Source of the DNA: Pristiophorus japonicus
Taxonomy: Eukaryota
Direction: 5' to 3'
Length of the DNA: 64,000 bases
NCBI RefSeq assembly: GCF_044704955.1
Contig: NC_091998.1
Coordinates: 44,516,001 to 44,580,000 of the forward strand
A model generated the notes under the pieces. It made no database searches. It saw only the letters and a program-made list of their open reading frames with translations, and was not told the DNA's origin. The position numbers were made by a program, and so were the translations under genes. Below, in pieces: positions 25,930 through 36,400 of the stretch; position 1 is the first letter of the stretch; each line of letters begins with the position of its first letter.

Positions 25930-25974
25930 AATGTCTCTCTGCAGACTTGAGGCAATTCCCAGTGGTAAGTTCAT

Positions 25975-26400
25975 AAAGAAAGACTTGCATTTGTACAGCA
26001 CCTTTCACGACCACCGGATGTCTCAAAATGCTTTGCAGCCAATGAAGTATTTTTTAAGTGTAGTCACTGCTGAAATGTGGGAAATGCAGCAGCCAATTTG
26101 CGCACAGTAAGCTCCCACAAACAGCGATGTGAGAATGACAAGATAATCTGTTTTTGTTATGTTGATTGAGGGATCCCAGGACACCAGGAAGAACTCCCCT
26201 GCTCTTCTTCGAAATAGTGCCATGGGATCTTTTATATCCATCTGAGAGAGCAGACGGGCGCCTCGGTTTAACATCTCATCCGAAAGACGACACCTCTGAC
26301 AGTGCAGCACTCCCTCAGCACTGCACTGGAGAGGCAGCCTAGATTTTTGTGCTCAAGGACTTGAACCTGCAACCTTCTGATTCAGAGGCACAGCTGACAC
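25975..26400 (-). mobile_element. Deu-domain tRNA SINE (SacSINE1-like)
   Basis: Reverse complement of the 55423-55815 element, including agatcccatggcactatttcgaagaagagcagggg and the tail. Confidence 0.8.
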
Positions 26401-26519
26401 TGCATAAAAAAGTCCATATTCTACAGTAAATCTGGCACTCTCGCTCCTATGAGTTATCAATTGTGTGAAATGGATAAATTTACATTGCTAGTGTAACCGA
26501 GTTTGGCTCGGTTACTTGG

Positions 26520-27190
26520 TTCAGAGAAAGTAGAATGTTGAACTACATAGCCAAAACAGTAGAATACAAGTCAGGGATTTGTGATCAAACTATACAATGC
26601 TGTAGTCATACTGCCCTTTCAGTACTGTGTCCAATTCTGGTAGCTGAGAAATGAGGGAGACATTCAGGCACTGGATTAAGTGCAGAAAAGAGCTGCAGAC
26701 AGATTAATAGTGTCAAGGGCCCGATTTATAAGAAAAGACTGAAGAAACTGAGGAACATTAGGAACAGGAATAGGCCATGGCTTATTCCGGCATTAAATTA
26801 GATCACGGCTGAACTGCATCTCAATTCCACTTTCCTGCCTTTGCTCCATATCCCTTGATACCCTTATCGAACAAAAATCTCTTATTCTTCAAAGCTCCAA
26901 TTGTATCAGCACTACCGTGTTTTGGAAAAGAGAGTTCCAAATTTCTACTACCCTGTGTGTGAAAACGTGTTTCCCGATTTTGCTCCTGAATGGCCTGGCT
27001 CTAATCTTTGTTTTTGATTTCCCCCACCAGAGGAAGTAGTTTATCCGTATCTACTCTAACAAATCCTATTAACATTTTAAATATCTCAATCAGATCATGC
27101 CTCCACCTGCTATACTCAAGGGAATCCAAGACAAGTTTATGCAATCTGTCCTTAGAATTTAATCCCCAGTATAATTCTGGTGAAACTGCA
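26520..27190. mobile_element. Two CR1 3' fragments (+ about 26520-26750, - about 26750-27190)
   Basis: gaatacaagtca..tactgtgtccaattctgg on +; antisense CR1 tail gaacattaggaacaggaataggcc. Confidence 0.65.
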
Positions 27191-27244
27191 CAACAACCCC
27201 ATCTGCACTATTTACTGTCCCTCCTTAAATGTCATTTGCGCAAG

Positions 27245-28580
27245 CTTGGATATTGTTTAAGGTCCCCTCCACAAACTCGGTTCCCAAGCCACTGACTCCA
27301 TCCCTCTCCCTAGCATGTATCTGAGGCTGAACCACACTATTCGCAACCTTGGTGTCATATTTGATGCTGAAATGAGCATTTGCCAACATATCCACGGCAT
27401 AACCAAGACCGCCTATTTCCAGCTCTGTATCATCGCCTATCTCCGCCCCGCATCAGCTCATCCGCTGCTGAAACCTTCATCCTTGCCGTTATTACTCCTA
27501 GACTTGACTATTTCAACACACTCTTGGCTGGCCTCCCACGCTCTACCCTACGTAAACTTGAGATCATCCAAAACTCGGCTGCCCATGTCCTAACTGTAAG
27601 AATAAAAGTGTTTATTAATGATAACATTGATTCTGTGTATGTATAAATGTTAAAAGTGTAGATTATACAGCTTCCAGCATGGCCTGTTTATGTATTGTCT
27701 TAATTGGAAAGCCATTAACTTAATCTAATCAAGAGATGGCTGGACCAGTCCAGACAGCCACATGTGTGAGGAGAGCCAATAAGGAACTGCCCTAGAACCA
27801 AGATCCAATCCTGGGGCTTTCTGAGGAACAATGAATTTAAGGAATATAAAAACGCAAACCAGGAACTAGTCTCTCTCTTCTCTCCTGGACACACGGCAAA
27901 ACCTTCCACTCAAAGACCAGCAGACCGTGTGTTCAGCCAGCCAGAGGGAAATAAAGTATATCGCTTTTTATTATAACCTCATCGTATCTCTGTTGTAACT
28001 AAGGTAAATCTGTAGGGTAACTACGACTGTTGCTAGATGTGCATGTGTGTTGTTAATAAACTATTCCGAATTGTTTTAAAAGAATCGTCTCGCTGTCAAT
28101 TTAATGCCAGAGATTTAGAAATGTTACATAACGTGCACCAAGTCCCATTCACCCCTGCGTTCACTGACCTACGTTGGCTCCCGGTTAAGCAACGCCTTTA
28201 TTTTAAAACTCCTTGTTTACAAATCGCACCATAGCCTCGCCCCTCCCTAGCTCTGTAATCTCCTCCAGCACGCCAGGATATATCTGTGCTCCTCTAATTC
28301 TGGCCATTTGAGCATCCCCCATTTTAATCGCTCCATCATTGGTGGTCGTGCCTTCAGTTGCCAAAGCCCGAAGCTCTAGAATTCCCTCCCTAAACCTCTC
28401 CGCCTCTTTCCTCCTTTTAAGACGCTCCTTAAAACCTACCTCTTTCACCAAGCTTTTGGTCGTTTGCCCTAATATCTCTCCTTGCGTGGCTCGGTGTGAA
28501 ATTTTGTTTGACAGTCGCTTCTGTGAAGCTCCTCGAAATGTTTCGCTACATTAAAGGCGCTATAGAAACAAAAGTTGCTG
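27245..28580 (+). mobile_element. L2 LINE 3' part, split by a solo LTR
   Basis: IRNLGVIFD..RLDYFNTLLAGLP..IQNSAAHVLT | CTKS..DLRWLPVKQR; tail ggcgctatagaaacaaaagttg. Confidence 0.85.
27595..28128 (+). mobile_element. Solo LTR (534 bp), 4-bp TSD TAAC
   Basis: TGTAA...TTACA termini; TAAC at 27591-27594 and 28129-28132; CCAAT 27776 and 27805, TATAAA 27845, AATAAA 28055; L2 frame resumes after it. Confidence 0.85.
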
Positions 28581-28726
28581 TGGTTAAAAAAATATAAAAT
28601 AAATGGAATGAAAAAAAGCTAAATCTGATAATATTTACTATAGATTACATTGTGGAGGGGTAGATCCATGGGGGACACTTTTTCAAATTACTACAATGAA
28701 ATGTAGGATTTTGACAGGAAATTCTT

Positions 28727-28749
28727 CACACACACACACACACACACAC
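28727..28749. repeat. (CA)n microsatellite
   Basis: Direct reading. Confidence 0.95.
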
Positions 28750-29120
28750 GCAGAAGGGCAGTCTGCCGGGCGAGCCGCGCGTGCGCACAGTCGAGCCGCG
28801 GGAGGTTTTGAATTTGGATGACAGCAACGGACGCCGCCAAGTGAACAACACAAACGGCTTCCCCCCTCCCCCACCGAGGAAATCGGCACCCCGCGGGGGC
28901 GGTGGGGTGGGAAAAGTGCTCCGCGAATCCCTGGGGAGGGATAAACGGCATCGGCCGAAGGGGATTGCAGAGGCCGCAGGTCAGTGAGATGGGCCCGGGC
29001 GTGGACACGGGCGGGTAAAGGAAACTAGGCCTCGGCGGCAAAGCTCCGGTCGCTGCTGCCGAGCGCGCGGTGATTCCTGCCTCCCCGGGCCGCGCGCGGC
29101 GAACTGTCAATCAGCGCTCG
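28750..29120 (+). promoter_or_regulatory. NCAPH: NCAPH CpG-island promoter and non-coding exon 1 (donor CAG|GTCAGT, GT at 28980)
   Basis: High CpG; NRF1-like GCGCGTGCGC 28777-28786; CDE/CHR-like CGCGGG-aggt-TTTGAA 28797-28812. Confidence 0.7.
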
Positions 29121-29199
29121 AGTGCACAGGTTGCCTTGCAAACAGTGGCCAAAACATTTTGTCTTGAGCAGCAACTTTCGCCGAATATTATTAATCTCA

Positions 29200-29470
29200 G
29201 CATCTGTCATCAACCCCTAAACGTTAACTCTGTTTCCTCTCCAAAGATGCTGCCTGAGATTGCCAGCATTTTCTGTTTTTATTCCAGCAGTATTTTGCTT
29301 TAGCATCTTTTGTCTAATCAGCATCTGCGGAGTGAGAAAAATACGTTTTCAGGCCGATGATCTTTGTCAGAACTGGAAAAAACCTTTTATCTTTGTGTTT
29401 CTCTCTCCACAGACGCTGCCTCACATTTCGAGCATTTTCTGTTTTTATTTCAGATTCCAGCATCCGCGGT
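29200..29470 (+). mobile_element. Penelope-derived terminal repeat fragments
   Basis: aaacgttaactctgtttcctctcc..gatgctgcctga..cagcattttctgtttttatt present twice. Confidence 0.55.
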
Positions 29471-29764
29471 ATTGCTTTTGACTACTCTTGGGCCACATGC
29501 AAAGTTAAAGGACGCCTTTCAGAGGCGTCAGATGCTTACAGGTCTTCCTGCTTCAATTTAGGATTTCTGCATCAGTCATGCAGCCATCCCATCGGGATTT
29601 AAACCCATCAGAAGAGAAAAGAAAGACTTGCATTTATATAGTTTTTTTCATGACCAGTGAACAATTCAAAGCGCTTTACAGCCAATTAAGTACTTTTGGA
29701 GTGTAGTCCCTGTTACAATGTGGGACAAGGAAGAAAAGGCTGGGTCTCAAAGAAGGCCAAGGTC

Positions 29765-30092
29765 CTTAAAATTATGAAGGGTTTTGACAGAGTTGGCACA
29801 CAGAGTGTTTGCACTTGTGGGGAAGAGCAAAACTAGAGGCCATCAATATAAGATAGTCACCAAGAAATCCAATAGAGAATTCAGAAGAAACTTCTTTACC
29901 CAGAGAGTGGTGAGAATGTGGCACTCTACCACAGGGGGTGGTTGAAGCAGATAGTATAGATGCATTTAAGGGGAGCTTAGATAAGCACATGAGGGAGAAG
30001 GGAATAGAGGGTTATTCAGATAGTTAGATGAATGCCAGTATGGACTGTTTGGGCCAAATGGCCTGTTTCTGTGCTGTATGTCCTATGTAATC
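29765..30092 (+). mobile_element. CR1 3' end
   Basis: Near copy of 58880-59230. Confidence 0.8.
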
Positions 30093-30487
30093 CTTTCCAA
30101 ACTTACAGGCCTACCAAAAAGAAACAGGACAAACATGAATGAGACATAAACATGTAAAATTTAATTGAATTGCCAGGACTCGAATACCCCTGTCTGACTG
30201 CATACCTGGATAGTGTCTGAGCTGTATGACACACTGCTAGTTACAGAGCTATAGCTAGGACTAGAAGCAATTTGACTCGATAAATGAAAAGCAATACACA
30301 AGAAGTATGTCAGAAAATCTGTGTGTATTGACAGCAATATGCTAAATAAGCATTCACATGATGGAGAGACTGAAACTTGATTTAAGAGAGCCCAGAGACC
30401 CAAAATATATGAGTGGGTAGAGTGAAGATTAGAAATTTTAAGGAAAGTCAAACGTCTGAAGGTGACCGCAATCTGGCAATAAAAAGG

Positions 30488-30990
30488 CCTGTCACTTTAA
30501 TTCTCTGCTCCACTCCCACTCTGACCTCTCCATTCTCGTACTCCTGCACTATTCCAATGAAGCTCAATGCAAGATCGAGGAACAGCACCGTATCTTTCGT
30601 TTAGGCACTTTATAGGCTTCTGGACTCAACATCGAGTTCAACAATTTCAGACCTTAACCTTTGCCCATGTATTTTCTCTCTGTGTTTCCCATGGCAGCTG
30701 GTAATTATCCTGCCATTCACACCCTATCTCAACTAATCTTTTTCTAAACTTCTGCCATTACCAACTAGAGTTGGCCCATCATCCCTTTTGTCTCTCAAAT
30801 CTCTCCTGTGTCCCACCCTATCACAGACCTTCCCTTTTGTTCTTTCCTCCCCTTCCCCCTTTCAGTGTTCCTTAAGAATCTGTTATTTCAAACATTCGCC
30901 AGTTCAGACGAAGGGTCATCGACCTGAAACTTTAACTCTTTCTTTCTACAGATGTTGCCTGACCCACTGAGGTTTCCAGCATTTTTTGAA
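30488..30990 (+). mobile_element. Penelope-like element 3' fragment (GIY-YIG C-terminus plus terminal repeat)
   Basis: Degenerate HFNS..SNEAQCKIEEQHRIFRLGTL*ASGLNIEFNNFR, then gacgaagggtcatcgacctgaaac. Confidence 0.75.
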
Positions 30991-31210
30991 TATATAATAG
31001 GCATGGTCAATTTATGAAAATCTTACTGGGGGAGAATAAGAAATTTCCTTTGTTAGCCCATTCTGGAGAGGGAGTGTAAGGAAGGAAGGAAGGAAGGGCA
31101 TGGCTTGTACCTGCATGAAAATACTCTGGGATTTTGGAGTAAGAGGACAGATCGTTGAACGTGTTACTTTGCTATACTTGGCGGAATGTAAATTTAAGCC
31201 AGGGGAAGCA

Positions 31211-31300
31211 GGAGTAGAGTAGAGTAGAGTAGAGTAGAGTAGAGTAGAGTAGAGTAGAGTAGAGTAGAGTAGAGTAGAGTAGAGTAGAGTAGAGTAGAGT
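31211..31300. repeat. (GAGTA)18 pentanucleotide microsatellite
   Basis: Direct reading. Confidence 0.95.
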
Positions 31301-31753
31301 GGCTGCAGAGAGAATTAAAAAACAAATCTAAATCCAACTGCTTCAGATACAATCAGAAAAAAATGTTTCCTTGATTTATTACTATACCACAATTCAGTTT
31401 ATATTGTCTTTTTGCAATTGTGAAGTACCTTGGAATGATTTTGTTTACATTTAAATGCACTTTATAAATGCAAGCTGCTGGTTTTGCAAAACATAGGGTT
31501 ACCAGTACCTTTCTAAATCAATTTTTGAGTGTACTCTCTGGAACAGTGAGGTTTAATTGGGATACTAAAGTGTGGTTAATAAATACATTTTATCTGTTTG
31601 AGCATATGTTTTGCGTTCTGGAGGTATTCATTATTGAGGATAACATTTTCAACGGATTTTTATCAACACCAAAGGCACCATTAAAATTCAAGCCATGATT
31701 GAAACTCCTATCCAATTCTACATTTGGCAAGGCATGGCAGCTTTAGCAGAAGG

Positions 31754-31885
31754 TGTCAGTCGCGGCTCAGTGGGCAGCACATTCGCTTCTGAGTCAGAAG
31801 GTTGTGGGTTCAAGTCCCACTCCAGAGATTGAAGCACATCATTCAGGCTGACACTTCAGAACTAAGACATTGTTGCCGTCTTTTG
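31754..31885 (+). mobile_element. tRNA-derived SINE head (A/B boxes), Deu-SINE family
   Basis: gcggctcagtggg (A box) and ggttcaagtccc (B box) running into SINE body. Confidence 0.65.
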
Positions 31886-31939
31886 GATATGGTGGTTGCA
31901 CTTCTTGTCAAGGCTGTGACAGATGATTAACCAAAGGGT

Positions 31940-32425
31940 TCAGAAGATGTGTAACAGGCAAGACCACCTTGGAGGGCTCTCTATGCGGGAGTCCTCCCTT
32001 TATTGGGGACTTGGCCTGGAGGTTGTTGCACGGGGCATTCATGTGCAATAAGGTTTTAAGTCGGTTCACGGACTCCCAGACCGCCTGCATTTTCTGAGGC
32101 CTGGAGCAGTCTGTGTTCCATGTTTATATTGAATGTGAGAGACTGCAGCCCCTCTTCCACTATTTATTCGAAGGGGTTGCTCCTCGATTTATGGTTGCAC
32201 TTCAGACCCATGCTCCAGATCTTTGGGCATCTGGTATGGGGGGTGGGGGAGAGGGCAAGTCGGAGGACTTCCTCATAGGACTGCTCCTAGGTCTGGCCGA
32301 GGTGGCCATCAATAGGTCCAGGCAAAGGACGTTCGAGGGGATCTTTCGGCCCGACTGCCTGCCTCTCTTCTGCGGCTATGTTCGTGCTAGAGTGTCCCTG
32401 GAGATGGAGCACGCAGTATTTCACA
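31940..32425 (+). mobile_element. Tx1-clade LINE ORF2 3' fragment
   Basis: [46 protein letters not shown]. Confidence 0.8.
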
Positions 32426-32434
32426 GGCACGCTC

Positions 32435-32856
32435 TGTCATTTTCCGGTTGGAAAACAGTGACTAGTGGGGTGCCGCAGGAATCGGTGCTGGGTCCTCAAC
32501 TATTTACAATCTATATTAATGATTTGGATGAAGGGACTGACTGTATTGTACATAAGAACATAAGAATTAGGAACAGGAGTAGGCCATCTAGCCCCTCGAG
32601 TGTAATGCAGCCAAGTTTGCTGATGATACAAAGATGGGTGGGAAAGCAAATTGTGAGGAGGACACAAAAAAAATCAGCAAAGGGACATAGACAGGCTAAG
32701 TGAGTGGGCAACCATTTTGCAGATGGAGTATAATGTGGGAAACGATGAGGTTATCCACTTTGGCAGAAATAATAGAAAAGCAAATTATAATTTAAATGGA
32801 GAAAAAGTGCTAAGTGCTACAGTCGAGAAAGACATGGGGGGTCCATGTGCATGAAA
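32435..32856 (+). mobile_element. CR1 RT fragment
   Basis: [31 protein letters not shown]. Confidence 0.85.
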
Positions 32857-33273
32857 GTACCAGTGTGAGGAAATAAGTTGTCACTTTTAAAGACCACTTT
32901 TTTATGAAGAGCAGAGTTTGTATGAGAATGTTTCCAAAGAATTACAAAAGGTGGACAAGCAAAATGGTGTAGGTTAAGATTAAGTTGAGAGCGACAATGG
33001 GAGAGATCCGATTCAACTGGGTTCCAGAACATCCTGTAACTGGATTGCTTTTGTATGTCCCTTTTTGATGTCAGTAATGACATTTTTGTTCTGATGAAGT
33101 GTGTAGAACCTAAATGCTAACCTGTCTTCACTGTTTTCAGGTGCTTGATGGATCCGCTGTGTATTTCTTCCATGCTGTATTTTTACTTCAGCATTTTGAT
33201 ACGATTTTGCCTTATAAAGAGATTTGACAATTGTTGGGTATTCTTATTGAGTGTTTGTTTCTCTCAGGACAAA

Positions 33274-33491
33274 ATGGATACATCCACACCAGTGTCCCTC
33301 GCGGGCTCCGCTGATCAAGTCTTTGTTTCTCCGGCTACAAAGCGACAGGCTATTCAGGGCCTAAAGACCGCCATACAAATGGACGTTACAGCAAATGACG
33401 ATGAACGTGAAAGGAGGGAGAGGAGACGCTCGAAGGTGACTGACATACAGCTGAGTGGCATAGAGAGCCCGCTGGTATCCCCATTGCAAAG
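33274..33491 (+). CDS. NCAPH: NCAPH exon 2 (first coding; exon starts 33268)
   Basis: ctctcag|GACAAAATG; [28 protein letters not shown]; AG|gtaggg. Confidence 0.88.
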
Positions 33492-36400
33492 GTAGGGGCT
33501 CACTGCATCATTTCGTCTTGTCTTTGCTTAACATGCACACAAGTTCACTTTCCAGCAATGATCGTTGGATAGTCAGCAGCAGAACTTGTCTTCCCACCGC
33601 ATAGGTCTTACTGCACTATAACCGACTGTGCCCCTGGTTTCTTTATCTTTTTCTTCCTCCTGAAGCCCTGGCATCCTCTGGGGCAGTGTTTCTCAAACTG
33701 GAAACCGCAGACCCCTGGATCCATAGAGACGTTCCAGGGGGTCCGCAACCGGAGGTAATTTCAAGCCCGCTTCTCTTTATAAAACCGACACAGATTCAGT
33801 TCTTGTGACTTATTCTCAACGGCTGGGCCTGCCTCCTTACAGAGGCCCACAGCGCGCTCTCACTTTGCAACGAGCGCTCCCTGCCTGTCGAGCCAATTCC
33901 TCTCCCTGGCGTCACGATCCTGCGCTGACCTCCCGACACGTGATCAGAGCGCCTGCAGGGCCCTTCAAACACATGCCTGAACGAGTTCACACACACACAC
34001 ATACACTCCCACAGTGTAGCTGTTACAGAACATGCCAGTGGGACGGTATGGCAATGAGTCATGCTTCCAGCAGCATCCCAGCATGTGCATGGGTGCTCGT
34101 GCCCTCACGCACCTTGGCCAGTCTACTGACGGCTTTAAAAATTGTCCAGCACTAAGTGGCTAATAGTGGCCATCTGTTGCTTTGGAGTACCCAGAGTTGA
34201 TGTGAGAAGCAGGCACACACATCCCACTGATATCTGTAAGTAAATACCTGGTTTCTTAAAAGCATTATTAAAATGCTTTTACATACAGCACTTTCATATG
34301 AGTATTGTATAGTATTATCATTTAGATGGGGGCGTCCGTGATTACTAATCAATTTGAAAAAGGTCCTTCAACTAAAAAAGTTGGGAACCACTGCCGTTGC
34401 ATGTTGAGACATTATTGGTGACTAGCTTTACTGGTCTGAAGTTGTCATGTTTCTTCTGCCTAGGTTTGGCTGGATACTAAGCATTACATGAGCAGCTAAC
34501 TCATTCTGACTGTCACTCATTGTTGCAGGGGGACCCCCCAATCCTTTGTAACCAAGCTGTCAAATAATCAGATATCTGAACACTATTCTACCTGCATCAA
34601 ACTGTGTTCTGAAAATGTAAGTAGATGGCTGTCTTTGTGCTCACTTTAGAACTGAACCAGCTTGTCCTGTGCAATCTCAAAATGTTTCATGATTGGAAAA
34701 GAAAATGGGCCATCTCGTACTCCTAGGTCCTGTGGCTAGAATAACCCAGTACTTGTTGAATCCCTTTGAAAGGATCATCCTAAGTGCATAATCTGGGCTG
34801 ACACTCCATTGCAATTCTGACAGTGTTGCATTGTGAGAAATGCCGTCCTTCAGGTGAGGCTTGAGATCACGTCTACCTGTTCAGGTGATAAAAGCTATGC
34901 CAACAACAGGGAGCTCTCCGGGCATCCTGGCCAACATGAGTCCTTCAACACCGCCATTAAAGTTTAACTGGCCATTTATCTTAAAATCGGCAAATGGTGG
35001 CAATTTGAACTAAACAGAAAATGTTGGAAATACACAGCAGATTGGTCAGCACCTGAAAGAGAAAAAAAGGCAGATGAAGGTTTCAGGTGTAAACCCCGTG
35101 TCCTGCTGTTTATTTCTAGCTTTTTTTTGTGGGATAATGCTGGTGTAGTATGATACTAGTATGATGGTTGCGTTGCCTATACAGCATCAGTCAGTGTAAT
35201 TCATCCTGTGAAACATTGATGTGACAAAATGCTTGTTACAGTTTAGGATTTCTTTGCCCATTCTTTCACGCAAAGGACTTGGACATCATCTATGTTAAAA
35301 TGTGTTTTTAGCAAAAGCTTCTCAAGATAACCCCGAGGCTGGTGGATCTGTAGGCTAATAATTAATCATTCATTTGTGAGATGGGGAATTGCTTCTTTCT
35401 GGAACTAACCATTGGCCAATACACTGGCACATCTAGTCATGCAGAAAGACACCTAGCACCCTTGGTGTTGAAGAACTCTTTTGTGATCTCTGGGTTGGGT
35501 AAGAGGCTATTAAACTCATTAGGTCAGTCAAGCTGGCTACTCCAAGTGTTAACTCAATCTACCTTTTAGAGAGATTGAAGGAGTACACGTGCACAAGACT
35601 TGGAGATCCAGTCCAGGTCACAATGGAGCTTCATTGTTACTTTTCTGGATCCTGCTATTGCATAAGTATAAGACGGAGAGTCAAGTTCCATTTAAAAAAA
35701 GTCAGCACTCAGGCCACTTGAAGTGATTGACACCACTGAACCTATCTGCCACGGTTGTGTCTATTTGCAACACCAAATTTCTGGTTGATCCCCTTGGAGG
35801 ACAAGACTAGATTTCTGATTGGTCCCCTTGGAGAACAAGACTAGATTTCTGATTGGTCCCCTTGGAGAACAAGACTAGATTTCTGATTGGTCCCCTTGGA
35901 GAACAAGACTAGATTTCTGATTGGTCCCCTTGGAGGACAAGCCTAGATTTCTGATTGGTCTCTTGGAGGACAAGCCTAGATTTCTGGTTGGTCCCCTTGG
36001 AGGACAAGCCTAGATTTCTGGTTGGTCCCCTTTGAGGACAAGCCTAGATTTCTGGTTGGTCCCCTTGGAGGGCAAGACTAGATTTCTGATTGGTCCCCTT
36101 GGAGGACAAGACTAGATTTCTGATTGGTCCCCTTGGAGGACAAGACTAGATTTCTGATTGGTCTCTTGGAGGACAAGACTAGATTTCTGATTGGTCCCCT
36201 TGGAGGACAAGACTAGATTTCTGATTGGTCCCCTTGGAGGACAAGACACACTCAACAGTTTGTCTGGAATGTATAATTTGATCCAGCCTGCTGGAGTAAT
36301 CTAGATCTTTGCAATGTGTAATTTGATCCATTCATTGTAACAGCCAGGCTCCAAAGCTCACAGTGTTAACACTACTGCTTTCAGAGAACAGACAGGGCTC

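Noticed and set aside
28989-29014. ATGGGCCCG.. (MGPG, like the human MGPP start) as NCAPH coding exon 1 with donor at 29015
   Set aside because: 26 nt leaves phase 2, but exon 2 opens in phase 0; the join is out of frame
31754-31830. tRNA gene
   Set aside because: A/B boxes run straight into SINE body; no complete cloverleaf
32113-32703. 196-aa ORF as a gene
   Set aside because: Chance fusion of a Tx1 3' fragment and a CR1 RT fragment
35777-36247. CRISPR array (34-bp period)
   Set aside because: Contiguous tandem units with no unique spacers
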